Origin: an uncultured Acidobacteriota bacterium
GTDB lineage: Bacteria; Acidobacteriota; Thermoanaerobaculia; Multivoradales; UBA5704
DNA: 64,000 nucleotides
Direction of reading: 5' to 3'
Assembly (NCBI GenBank): GCA_963770895.1
Contig: CAVYRF010000001.1
Location: 1,600,001-1,664,000 of the forward strand
Shown here one piece after another: positions 1 through 10,300 of the stretch. The position numbers were made by a program, and so were the translations under genes. Within the stretch, counting starts at the first letter, position 1; each line of letters starts with the position of its first letter. Under the pieces are notes generated by a model. The model saw nothing but the letters and a program-made list of their open reading frames with translations. It searched no databases and had not been told where the DNA came from.

Positions 1-608
1 AGCCGAGCGGCGAATGCACCAGGGCGTCGAGCGGGCCGTAGGTTTCGCGGCAGAAGCACAGGTAGTTGACGACCGCGGCGTGGGTGACGGCGACGCCCTT
101 GGGCAGCCCGGTCGACCCGGAGGTGTAGAGGACGTAGGCGAGCTGGTCGCGGTCCACGGCCGGCGGCTGGTGCGGTGGATGCGTCGGGTCCGGGTCAGGC
201 AGGGGTCGGTCGAGCCGGAGGGTGGGCAGGTCCAGGTCGGCATCGCCGTCGGTGAGCAGGCAGGCGACGCCGGCGTCGCGCGCCATCCACTCGCGTCGCC
301 GGCGCGGCAGGTTGGCGTCCAGGGGCACGTAGGCGCCGCCGGCCTGGAGCACGGCGAGGAGCGCGGCGACCATGTCGGGGGAGCGGCGCAGGGAGACGCC
401 GACGCGCGCTTCCGGGCCGACGCCGTGGCGGGCGAGCTCGCGGGCCAGGCTTCCGGCGCGGTCGGCCAGCTGGCGGTAGCTCCACCGCCGGCCGCCGTGG
501 CGCACGGCGGCCGCCTCGGGGTGGCGCTCCGCCGCGGCGGCGAACAGACCGTGGACGGTGGCGTCCGGCTGCCGCCGGCGGCACGCCCCGCGGGCCCGCT
601 GCAGCAGC
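1..608. repeat. Near-identical copy of A-domain DNA at 24225-24832
   Basis: Direct alignment at offset 24224 shows about 16 mismatches over about 608 nt, counted by eye. Confidence 0.9.
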
Positions 609-1762
609 CATTCACGCTCGTCCGCGCCGACCATGCGGAGCGCACCGATGGCGGCTCCCGGCGCCGCGAGCATCGCGCCGACGGCCCCGGCCAGGCGCTC
701 GGCGAGCAGCAGCACGTAGCTCTCGGCGAACAGGCGCGGGTCGTACGCCAGGGCCGCCCGCAGCTGCCCGCCGCCGCGCACCGCGCTCAACTTGAGCGCG
801 AAGCGGTCGACGCACGCCGTGGCCGCGACCACCGCGACCGGTGCGGTTCCGTCCTCCCGGCCGCGATCGTCGAAAAACTCGAAGGCGTGGCGAAAGAAGG
901 GGAGTCCCTCGCGCACGTAGGAGTCCTGCAGATCGCGCGCCTCGTCCAGCTCGGCGGCGAAGCGCGCCGTCACCTGGCGCACGGTGGCCGCCGGTTCGGC
1001 CGTGGCGGCGAAGGGGACAAAACGCGCCAGCAGGCCGACGACGTTGCCCAGCGACTCGTAGCGGCGGCCGTCGCAGAGCACGCCGAGCGCCAGGTCGGCC
1101 GGCGCGCCGCTTGCCGCCAGCACCACCCGCCAGGCGGCGAGCAGCAGCGCCTCCGCTGCATCGGGGAGCGGCGCCAGCGGCAGGCTGCGCGGCGCAAAGC
1201 TCCCTTGCGGCGCCGGCTCCTCGCCGGGCAGCCACTCCTGGGCGCAGCGCGAGCCCTGGCGCTGCTGCCAGTGCCCGCGATGGGCGCGGGCCTCCGGCGT
1301 GTCGGCGACCTCGTTGGCCCAGGCGGCGTAGTCGGGGTATTGCGTCGGCTCGCCGGCCGGCTCGCCCGCCAGCTCGCGCCGCAGCTCGCCGGCCAAGGCG
1401 AGCAGGCCCTGCCGGTCCGCGTGGAGCGCCGGCAGCCGGAGCCGCAGCAGGTGCCCGGCCGGCTGGACGCTGAGGGAGGCGTGGACCAGGGGGCCCACCT
1501 CCCACCGTGGCGTGGCGTCCTCCGCGTCCCAGGCCACGCCGCCGTCGCCGACCACCTGGAGCGGCAGCCGCAGCCCGGGTGCCGAAGCGAACACGGTGCG
1601 CAGGATCTCCAGGCGCGCGGTGACGGCGGCGACCGCCGCGCGCACCGCCAGCGGGTCCACGGCGGCGTCGATGCGCAACGCCAGCTCGGCGCGGCCGGCC
1701 TCGCTCGTCGCGAGGTTCTGCCAGACCACGGCCTGCTGCGGCGAGAGTTGGTAGCCCTCCAC
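1..1762 (-). CDS. NRPS, partial (runs off left edge): interface-type C-like domain + adenylation domain (probably Asn)
   Basis: GTG at 1762 with AGGAG 7 nt upstream. Translates VEGYQLSPQQAVVW...LRLPALHADRQG...QYPDYAAW, then A-domain motifs LQAGGAYVPLD and YVLYTSGSTGLPKG. The A region is near-identical to the Asn A domain at 24225-24832. Not in the ORF track because there is no stop in the window. Confidence 0.88.
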   Translation of the reverse strand, partial: MEGYQLSPQQAVVWQNLATSEAGRAELALRIDAAVDPLAVRAAVAAVTARLEILRTVFASAPGLRLPLQVVGDGGVAWDAEDATPRWEVGPLVHASLSVQPAGHLLRLRLPALHADRQGLLALAGELRRELAGEPAGEPTQYPDYAAWANEVADTPEARAHRGHWQQRQGSRCAQEWLPGEEPAPQGSFAPRSLPLAPLPDAAEALLLAAWRVVLAASGAPADLALGVLCDGRRYESLGNVVGLLARFVPFAATAEPAATVRQVTARFAAELDEARDLQDSYVREGLPFFRHAFEFFDDRGREDGTAPVAVVAATACVDRFALKLSAVRGGGQLRAALAYDPRLFAESYVLLLAERLAGAVGAMLAAPGAAIGALRMVGADEREWLLQRARGACRRRQPDATVHGLFAAAAERHPEAAAVRHGGRRWSYRQLADRAGSLARELARHGVGPEARVGVSLRRSPDMVAALLAVLQAGGAYVPLDANLPRRRREWMARDAGVACLLTDGDADLDLPTLRLDRPLPDPDPTHPPHQPPAVDRDQLAYVLYTSGSTGLPKGVAVTHAAVVNYLCFCRETYGPLDALVHSPLG

Positions 1763-1766
1763 GCTG

Positions 1767-4700
1767 TCACTCCTCGGGAGCGCCGGCGGGCGCGGTCACC
1801 GGCCGCCGCCTGCTGGTGCCCAGCCTGCCGCGCGCGGCCTCGGCGTAGCGCCGCCGCTCGTGGCCGGCGAGCGCCGTGGCGGCGACTTCGCCGATGGGTG
1901 CGTCCTGCCAGGCGGGCAACCCGTCACAGACCGCCGCCAGCGCATCGAGCAGCAGCGCGGCGTGCTCGGCGTCGAAGCGGTCCTCGTCGTAGCGGATGAA
2001 GCAGTCGAGCTCGCCGCGGGCGCGCACCGTGAGCACCAGCGGGTAGCTCTCGGTGAGCCGCAGCTCCACCTCGCCGATGCGCAGCCCCGCGACCGTGGCA
2101 GCGACGGCCTGGTCCAGCGGGTAGTTCTCGAAAACGAAGAGGGTCTCGAAGAGCGGCTCGCCCGCGGGCACCTCGCTCCACGAGCGCACGCGGGGCAGCG
2201 GCGCGTGCTCGTGCCGCCGCATCTCCACCTGCTCGGCCTGGAGCCGTGCCAGCCAGGCCATCAGCGGTTCGTCGCCCGCCACCGCGACCCTCACCGGCAG
2301 GGTGTTGATGAACAGGCCCACCATCCGGTCGCTGCCCGGCAGCTCGGCCGGGCGCCCCGCGACGACGGTGCCGAAGAGCACCTCGCGGCGCTCCATGAAG
2401 TGGGCGAGAACCAGCGCCCAGGCGCCCTGCACCAGGGTGTTGAGCGTCAGCTGGCGTTCCCGGCCCAGGCGCGCCAGCCGCTCGACGGCGCCGATGTCGA
2501 TGCGGCGCTCCTGCTTGCGGTGGCTGGCGCCCGCCGCGGGTCGTCCGGCGGCGGGAGCGCGGTCGAAGCGCAGCCGGCCGCGGGCGTGCCACCCCGCCAG
2601 CCGGCGGCGCCAGTAGCGTTCGGCCGCGCCCAGGTCGCGCCGACGCAGCCAGTCGACGTAGCCGCGAAACGGCGGCGCCGGCGCCGCCTGCAATCCGCTG
2701 CCCTCCAACGCCGCCGCGTAGCCGGTGAAGACGTCGGCGAGGACCAGACCGTTCGACCAACCGTCGAGGATCAGGTGGTGGCTGGTCCAGACCAGGCGCC
2801 AGGCGTCGCCGGCCGTGCGCACCAGGTGGAGCCGCAACAGCGGCGCCGCCGCCAGGTCGAAGCCCCGCACCCGGTCGTCGGCGAGCAGGCGCTCCCAGCG
2901 GCCGGCCAGTTGCGCGGCGTCCAGGCCGCGCCAATCGTGGCTCGCCAGCGGCACGGTCGCCTGGTGGTGGACCCGCTGCAGCGGCTCGCCCGCGCCGCTC
3001 CAGTCGAACGCGGTGCGCAGCGCCGGGTGGCGCGCCACGGCGCCCTGCCAGGCCCGCGTCAGGGCCTGCACGTCGAGCGCCCCGTCGATGCTGCAGGTGA
3101 GCTGCACGACGTAGAGGCCGGGCTCGCCGCGGTGCAGCACCTCGAACAGGACGCCCTGTTGCAGCGGCGAAAGTGCGTAGGCGTCCTCGCTCTCCGCTCC
3201 CTCCACCCAGCCGCCGCGCGGCGCCGCGTCGGGCCGGCTCGCCTCGGCCAGCCGCCGCAGCTCGCCGACGAAGCCCGCGGCCAGCGCCGCGACCGTCGAG
3301 CGGTCGTACAGGTTGCGGCTGAACGCCCAGGCCGCCCGCAGGCGCCCGCCGGCGACGCGGGCGTTGACCTGGAAGAGGTGGGTGAGCCGGCCGCGCTCGT
3401 CCTGCGGCGAGCCGATCGGCTCGTCCGCGAGGTCGAACAGGGGTGCCTCGCCCAGCGCCCGGTCGAGCTGTCCCAGGTAGTTGAAGCTCACCTGCGCCGG
3501 CGGGCGCTCGCGCAGCGCGGCTGCCACGTCGCTGTGCGGCCGGCCGTAGCGCAGCAGACCGTAGCCCAGGCCCTGGCGCGGCAGCCGGCGCAGCGACTCC
3601 CGGACGGCGCGCACGGCGTCCAGGGCATCTCCGGCCGCTGGCAGGTCGAGCGCCAGCGGCGCCCGCACGGTGAACCAGCCGACCGTGCGCGAGACGTCCA
3701 TCCCGTCGAGGTCGGCGCGGCCGTGCCATTCGCGGTCGACCACCAGCGTGCGCTCGCCCGTCCAGGCGGCGAAGGCGCGGGCGAGCGCGGCCAGCAGCAC
3801 GGCGTCGATCGCGCCGTCCCAGGTCTCGGCGGCGCCGCGCAGCAGGGCGGCGGTCTCGTCGGCGGCAAGCTCGGTTTCGACCGTCTCGCCGCCGGCCACG
3901 CGGTCGTCGCCGCCGGGATGGTCGACCGGCAGCGGGCGCACCGCCCGGCCGCTTTCCCCCAGCCAGTAGGTCATCTCCGCCGTCACCGCGGGCGACCCGG
4001 CGTGGCGGGCGAGCGTTTCGGCCCAGGCGCGGAAGGAGGCGGTCTTCGCCGCGAGACGCGCCGGCGCGCCGCCCAGGAGCTGGCGGCAGGCCGTCTGCAG
4101 GTCGTCGAGCAGGACGCGCCACGACACCCCGTCCACCGCCAGGTGATGCACGGCCACCATCAGGCGCCGGCCGCGCGCGCCGAGGTCGAATGCGGCGGCG
4201 CGCAGGAGCGGCCCGCGGCCGAGGTCGAGGCTCGCCTGGACGGCGCGGGCGCACGCCGTGAGCGCCCGGCCCTGCCGCGCCTCGCCCAGCCCGGCCAGGT
4301 CGATCTCGCACAGCGCGGCGCGTTCGCCCGCCGGCGCATGGGCCTGCCGCCAGCCCGCCGCGCCGGGCGCGAAGCGCAGGCGCAGGGCGTCGTGGTGTGC
4401 CAGCAGGTGGTCGAGCCCCCGGCGCAGCACCGCGGCGCCCACCGGCGCCGCCAGGCGCAGCAGCACAGCCTGGTTCCAGTGGCTGGGGTTGGGCGGCGCG
4501 GTGTCGAAAAACCAGCACTGGACAGGCGTCAGCGGCACCGGCCCCTGGACGGCTCCCTGCTCGGCGGCGGCGGCCGGCGTGGCGGCGCTGCCGGTGACAG
4601 CCGCATTGGCGGCCATGGCGGCGAGCGCCGCGACGGTGGGGCTGTGGAACAGGTCTCCGGGCGTCAGCAGGATCCCCGCCTGGCGGGCACGCGCGACGAT

Positions 4701-7388
4701 CTGCACGCTCACGATCGAGTCTCCCCCCAGGCGGAAGAAGTTGTCTTCGACGCCCACGCGCGGCAGGCGCAGCACGCCGGCCCAGATCTGCGCCAGCGTC
4801 TGTTCGACCGGGGTGCGCGGCGCCACGTAGCCGGCGGCGGCCGGCGCCGGAGCGGGGAGCGCCCGGCGGTCCACCTTGCCATTGGCGGAGAGCGGCAGCC
4901 GCGGCAGGACGACGCAGGTATCCGGCAGCATGTGGGCCGGCAGCTGCAGCGCCAGGTGCTCGCCGAGCTCCGCCGCCGCGAGGGCCGCCCCTGGCGCCGC
5001 CGCCACCCAGGCCACCAGCCGCCCCTCGAGCTTGGCCACCGCCGCGGCCGCCACCCGCGGGTGGCGGCGCAGGGCGCTCTCGATCTCGCCCAGCTCGATG
5101 CGGAAGCCGCGGATCTTGACCTGACCGTCCTGGCGCCCGAGGAACTCAAGGGCGCCGTCGAGCCGCCAGCGGGCCAGATCGCCGGTGCGGTAGAGGCGCG
5201 CGCCGGGAGCGGCGGCAAAAGGATGCGGCAGGAAGCGCTCGGCCGTCAGGTCGCCACGCCCCAGGTAGCCGCGCGCCAGCCCGGCGCCGCCGACGTACAG
5301 CTCCCCCGCGGCGCCCGCCGGCGCGGGCTCCAGCCGGGAGTCCAGCACCCAGACCTCGGCGTTGGCGATGGGGCGGCCGATGGGGACGCTCTCCAGACGC
5401 TCGTCCCCGGGCAACAGCTCGTGGGCGGTGCAGCCGACCACCGTCTCGGTCGGGCCGTATTCGTTGATCAACCGCCGCCCGCGCCGCCAGCCCAGCCAGG
5501 CGACGGCGCCGCGCCCCAGCGCCTCGCCGCCGATCACCACCACGCGCTCGCCCAGCTCGTCGGCCGAGAGCAGCTGGGCGAGCGCCTCCAGGTGCGCCGG
5601 GGTGAGCTTGAGCAGCGCCGGCCCGCCGGGTTGGCGGAGGGCGGCGGCGAGCGCCTCGATCCCATCTGCCAGAAGCGTCACCGCGCGGCCCGCCAGCAGC
5701 GGCCCCCAAAGGCTGGTCACGGTCAGGTCGAAGCCCAGCGGCGAGCTCACCGCGGCGTCCAGGGCGCCGTAGGCGTCGCGGCACCAGAGCAGGTAGTTGA
5801 CGACGCCGCCGTGGGTCACCGCGACGCCCTTGGGGCGGCCGGTCGAGCCCGAGGTGTACAGGACATAGGCCAGGCTGTCGGCGGTCGCCGCCACCGCCGG
5901 CGGCGCCGGCGGGCAATCGCTCGCCGCCGCCGTCTCCTCCAGGTCCAGGCGCAGGGCCGGCAGCCCGAGATCCGCGCCGTCTCCGTCGCCGCTGAGGACC
6001 AGGGCGACGCCCGCGTCGCGCGCCATCCACTCGCGCCGCGCGCGCGGCAGGGTGCCGTCCAGCGGGACGTAGGCGCCACCCGCCTTGAGTACCGCGAGCA
6101 GCGCCACGATCATCTCCGGCGAGCGGCTGGCGGCGACTCCGACGCGCGACTCCGCGCCGGCGCCGCGGCGCACCAGCTCGCGGGCCAGGCCGTTGGCGCG
6201 CCGATCGATGTCGCCAAAGCTCCACTCCTGTCCGCCGCGGCGCACCGCCGCCGCCTCAGGCCGCCGGCGCGCCGCGGCCTCGAACAGGCCGTGCAGGGTG
6301 GCGGCGGGGTCGCGCTCCACCCGCGCTCCCGCCGCCTGCGCCGCCAGCCACCGGCGCTCGCCGGCGCCGGCGTCGCCGCCGGCAAACCGCTCGAGCAGCC
6401 AGCCGGCGCCGCGGGCGTCGAAGGCTTCCGGGTCGTAATAGAGCGTCGCCCAGGAGCGCTCGGGGGTCCGCACCACGGTCAGGCCGAGCTTCCAATCCTC
6501 GGCGAAACAGTAGAGGTCGACCAGCTCCGGCCCCTGCCAATCGATGCCCTCCCAGCCGATGGGGCGCCGCGCCGCGCCGGCCGGCGATCGTGGCGCCGGC
6601 GGCGATGTCGGCGCCGCGCCGGCCGGCGCCCCGTTGCACGGTCCGAGCGTGTGCCGCAGCTCGTCGAACTCGCGCCCCGGCGTCACCGCCGCGATCGCCG
6701 GGGCCGGCTCGCCGGTGAGCCGCGCCAGCAGCTCCTGCCAGCGCCCCAGGCCGGCCGCCGCGGCGGCCGCCGGCAGCTCGGCCGACGCCGTGGCGATGCG
6801 CTCGCTGCGGGTATCGCGTTCGAGCGGCAGGGTGACGGACCCGGCCGGCTCGGCGGCGGCAGCCGGCCGCCCCTCCTGGTGCAGCCATTCGGAGTACTGG
6901 AGGTGCTGCACCACGTCGGCACCAGGAGGGCTCCCGGCGCAGCAGCCGGCGACGTCCGCCAGCAGGATGCGCAGCGAGTCGCTGTCGGCGGCGAGCGCCG
7001 GCAGGGTGACGACCAGGATGGACGCCGCGCCCTGCCCGGCAGCGTGCGCCCAGCAGGCGCGCAGCAGCGGACCGGCGGCAAAGTCGAACGGCGCCGCCCG
7101 TTCCTCGGCGAGCAAGCGCGGCAGTGCGGCGGCGGCGTCCGCCTCCCGCCAGGCGAAGCTGCCGGCGGCGTGGATCACCTGCATCGGCTCGCTGCGCCCG
7201 GTGGGGACCACGAAGGTGGTGCGCAGCATCTCGTGGCGCTCGACGGCGAACGCGAGGGCGCGGCGCAGCGCCGGCGCGTCGACGCCGCCGGGCAGCCGCA
7301 CCGCGGCCTGCGCGCGGTGCGCTTCGCGATGGCGCCAGGCCCACAGCCGTGCCTGGCGCGGCGAGGCGCGGAACGCTTGCCCGGCCAT
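1767..7388 (-). CDS. NRPS: I(interface)-A(Asn)-T-E-C
   Basis: N-terminal FRASPRQARLW and LPALAAD in place of HHxxxDG. A motifs YTSGSTGRPKG and NEYGPTE, specificity code read as DLTKVGEVGK (Asn). T is LGGDSI, E is HHLAVDGVSW, terminal C is HHLILDGWS. Confidence 0.93.
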   Translation of the reverse strand: MAGQAFRASPRQARLWAWRHREAHRAQAAVRLPGGVDAPALRRALAFAVERHEMLRTTFVVPTGRSEPMQVIHAAGSFAWREADAAAALPRLLAEERAAPFDFAAGPLLRACWAHAAGQGAASILVVTLPALAADSDSLRILLADVAGCCAGSPPGADVVQHLQYSEWLHQEGRPAAAAEPAGSVTLPLERDTRSERIATASAELPAAAAAAGLGRWQELLARLTGEPAPAIAAVTPGREFDELRHTLGPCNGAPAGAAPTSPPAPRSPAGAARRPIGWEGIDWQGPELVDLYCFAEDWKLGLTVVRTPERSWATLYYDPEAFDARGAGWLLERFAGGDAGAGERRWLAAQAAGARVERDPAATLHGLFEAAARRRPEAAAVRRGGQEWSFGDIDRRANGLARELVRRGAGAESRVGVAASRSPEMIVALLAVLKAGGAYVPLDGTLPRARREWMARDAGVALVLSGDGDGADLGLPALRLDLEETAAASDCPPAPPAVAATADSLAYVLYTSGSTGRPKGVAVTHGGVVNYLLWCRDAYGALDAAVSSPLGFDLTVTSLWGPLLAGRAVTLLADGIEALAAALRQPGGPALLKLTPAHLEALAQLLSADELGERVVVIGGEALGRGAVAWLGWRRGRRLINEYGPTETVVGCTAHELLPGDERLESVPIGRPIANAEVWVLDSRLEPAPAGAAGELYVGGAGLARGYLGRGDLTAERFLPHPFAAAPGARLYRTGDLARWRLDGALEFLGRQDGQVKIRGFRIELGEIESALRRHPRVAAAAVAKLEGRLVAWVAAAPGAALAAAELGEHLALQLPAHMLPDTCVVLPRLPLSANGKVDRRALPAPAPAAAGYVAPRTPVEQTLAQIWAGVLRLPRVGVEDNFFRLGGDSIVSVQIVARARQAGILLTPGDLFHSPTVAALAAMAANAAVTGSAATPAAAAEQGAVQGPVPLTPVQCWFFDTAPPNPSHWNQAVLLRLAAPVGAAVLRRGLDHLLAHHDALRLRFAPGAAGWRQAHAPAGERAALCEIDLAGLGEARQGRALTACARAVQASLDLGRGPLLRAAAFDLGARGRRLMVAVHHLAVDGVSWRVLLDDLQTACRQLLGGAPARLAAKTASFRAWAETLARHAGSPAVTAEMTYWLGESGRAVRPLPVDHPGGDDRVAGGETVETELAADETAALLRGAAETWDGAIDAVLLAALARAFAAWTGERTLVVDREWHGRADLDGMDVSRTVGWFTVRAPLALDLPAAGDALDAVRAVRESLRRLPRQGLGYGLLRYGRPHSDVAAALRERPPAQVSFNYLGQLDRALGEAPLFDLADEPIGSPQDERGRLTHLFQVNARVAGGRLRAAWAFSRNLYDRSTVAALAAGFVGELRRLAEASRPDAAPRGGWVEGAESEDAYALSPLQQGVLFEVLHRGEPGLYVVQLTCSIDGALDVQALTRAWQGAVARHPALRTAFDWSGAGEPLQRVHHQATVPLASHDWRGLDAAQLAGRWERLLADDRVRGFDLAAAPLLRLHLVRTAGDAWRLVWTSHHLILDGWSNGLVLADVFTGYAAALEGSGLQAAPAPPFRGYVDWLRRRDLGAAERYWRRRLAGWHARGRLRFDRAPAAGRPAAGASHRKQERRIDIGAVERLARLGRERQLTLNTLVQGAWALVLAHFMERREVLFGTVVAGRPAELPGSDRMVGLFINTLPVRVAVAGDEPLMAWLARLQAEQVEMRRHEHAPLPRVRSWSEVPAGEPLFETLFVFENYPLDQAVAATVAGLRIGEVELRLTESYPLVLTVRARGELDCFIRYDEDRFDAEHAALLLDALAAVCDGLPAWQDAPIGEVAATALAGHERRRYAEAARGRLGTSRRRPVTAPAGAPEE

Positions 7389-7392
7389 GGCT

Positions 7393-10300
7393 TCAGAAGC
7401 TCCTCATGTCGCCCATCGCCACCAGCATCCGGCGCGGCCCCTGGTAGGCGTTGCGGCCGTGCGCGGTCAGCATGTTGTCGACCAGCAGCATGTCGCCGCG
7501 CTGCCAGGGGACGACGACCTCGATGCTGCGATAGACCGCCAGGATCTCGCCCATGTCATCGTCGGCGATCGGCGAGCCGTCGCCGTAGCAGCAGTTGCGG
7601 GGAAAATCTTCGGGCGGGAAGAGAGCGGCCATCGACTGGCGGGTTTCGGGGTCCAGGCACGACGGGTGCCAGTGCTGGGCCTGGTTGAACCAGCAGCTCT
7701 CGCCGGTCACCGGATGGCGCAGCACCGCTGGCCTCACCGCCACGGTGCGCAGGCTGTCGCCGGGCCGCCACTCGCAGCCCATGCGGCCTTGCCGGCAGTA
7801 CGCCTCGGCTTCCTCCCGGCGCTCCGTCCCCAGCACCTTCTGCCAGCTCAGACCGAGCTCCGGCCGGTAGGTTCTGATGTACATCACGCCGCGTTCCGTG
7901 AAGCGGTCGCGCAGGCGCGCCGGCAGGCGGCGGTAGACCTCGCGGCTGTCGGCGAGCGGCATCTCGCCGCCCGCGGCCGCTGGCACGGCGCAGCCGAACC
8001 AGATCTGCCCCGGCCACTGGTGATTGAAAGAGTTTTCGTTGTGCCACAGGAGCACCTTGGCGGGCGAAAAGGCGACGGGCGTGTAGACCTTGCCGCTCAC
8101 CGATTCGCGGTGGTGCTCGCCGTTTTCGTCGTAGAGCGGCGAAGTGAGCGTCTCGGCCACGGGCTCGAAGTCGGCTTCGGGATCCACCGGAAAGCCGCGA
8201 AACAGGACGGCGCCGTGGCGCGCCAGCTGAGCGCGGACCAGGTCGCGGTTGGCGGCGGCCCAACCTGCCAGGTCGACGCCCGGACCGAGCGGGCGCACCA
8301 CCAGCGGCAGCGAGGCGCCGGGCACGAGCGGCGCCGTGTCGATCAGGTCCGCGGCGTCCAGACTGACGGGTTTGGGGGTGACCAGCTTGAATGTCATCGG
8401 TTTCGCTCCTTGCCCTGCGCAGGGTGACGCCAGCGCCGTCCGCGCGATCTCCGCCAGGCTCGCCTCGGGATGCGCCAGAGCCTCGTCCAGGACGCGGACG
8501 AAGCCGTCCAGCAAGGCGGCGACGTCGGCGGCGGCGAAGCGCTCCGGGTCGTACATCGCCTCGCATCCGTAGGGGTCGCTGGGGACGACGGTCAGGGTCA
8601 GCGGGAAGTTGTTCTGATCGAAGCCGCGCAGGTCGGTGAAGCGCACCTGCAGGCGCTCGTCCAGCTCCGCCCCGGCGCGGCTGAGGGAGGGAAAGTTCTC
8701 GAACACGAAAAGGGTGTCGAAGAGCGGCTCGCCGGCGGGCAGCTCGCTCCAGGGCTGGATGGCGGCGAGCGGGGTGTGCTCGAACTGCCGCATCTCGACC
8801 TGCTCGGCCTGCAGGCGCCGCAGCCAGGGGACCAGCGGCTCGCCGCCGTCGACCGCGACGCGCGCCGGCAGGGTGTTGATGAACAGGCCCACCATGCGCT
8901 CGACCTCCGGCAGGGCGGCCGGCCGGCCGGCGACGACCGTGCCGTAGACCAGGTCGCGCGCGCCGGCGGCGCCGGCCAGGACCAGCGCCCAGACCCCCTG
9001 GAGAACGCTGTAGACGGTGAGCTGACGCTCGCGGGCGAAGCGCGCCAGGGAAGCGGTGGCCGCCGCCGTCAGCCGCCGGCGCTCCTTGCGATCGCTGGCG
9101 CCGGCGGTGGCGCGGCCGGCGCCGGCGCCGCGGTCGATGCGCAGGCGGTTGCGCGCGGCAAATCCGGCCAGACGCCGGCGCCAGAATCGTTCCGCCTCGC
9201 CCAGGTCCTGGCCGGCGAGCCAGGCGACGTAGTCGCGGTACGGGCGCACCGCCCCCAGCGACGGGCTCAAGCCGCGCGCCAGCGCCTCGTAGGCGGCGAA
9301 CATCTCGTCCAGCACCACCGGTCGCGACCAGCCGTCCAGGATGATGTGATGATTGGTCCACACCGCCTGGTGCAGATCGTCCGCCAGCTGCAGCAGGCTG
9401 AGCCGCATCAAGGGCGCCGCGGCGAGGTCGAAGCCGCGCGCGCGGTCGGCGGCGAGAAAAAGGTCGATGCGGCGCTCGCGCTCGCTCGCCGGCACGCCGC
9501 GCCAGTCGTGGCGTTCGACGCGCAGGTCCACCTGGCGATGGACGACCTGCAGCGGCTCGTGGCCGCCGTGCCAGTCGCAGGCGGTGCGCAGCGCCGGGTG
9601 CCGTTCGACGACCAGGCGCCAGGCGCGCTCGAAGGCCGCGGCGTCGAGCGCGCCGGTGACGCGGCAGGTGACCTGCTCGACGTAGACGCCGGTTTCGCCG
9701 GCGTGCAGGGCGTGAAACAGGATCCCCTGCTGCAGCGGCGTGAGCGGATAGGAGTCCGCCAGGCCGCGCGCCGCGCTGCCGACGCCCGCCAGGCGCCGCA
9801 GCTCGGCGGCGAAGCGGGCGGCATGGCCCGCGATGGTTTGGCGGCGGTGCAGATTGCGGCTGAAGGTCCAGGTCGCGCGCAGCCGGCCGGCGCTGACGCG
9901 GGCGGTGATCTGCAGCAGGTGGGTGCGCAGGCCGCGCTCGTCCTGCGGCGGGCCGGTGGGCTCGTCGGCGAGCGCGAAGAGCGCGCCGTCGCCGGCACTG
10001 GCGCCGGCTTGGCCGTCGATCTGGCCGAGATAGTTGAAGCTCACCTGCGGCCGCACCGCCGGCCGCTGCCCGGCTGCCTGGAGGGCGCGCCGCACGGTTT
10101 CGCGGACGGCGGCCAGGGTGGCCGCGGCGTCGGCGTCGGCGAGCGTCGCCGGCAGCTCGACCGGCACGCGGGCGGTGAACCAGCCGACGGTGCGCGACGT
10201 GTCGAGGTCGGGAAAGGCGCCGCGGCCATGGCCCTCGACGTCCACCCAGAGCGGGCGGTCGCCGCTCCAGGGCGCCAGCGCCAGGACCAGCGCCGCGAGC

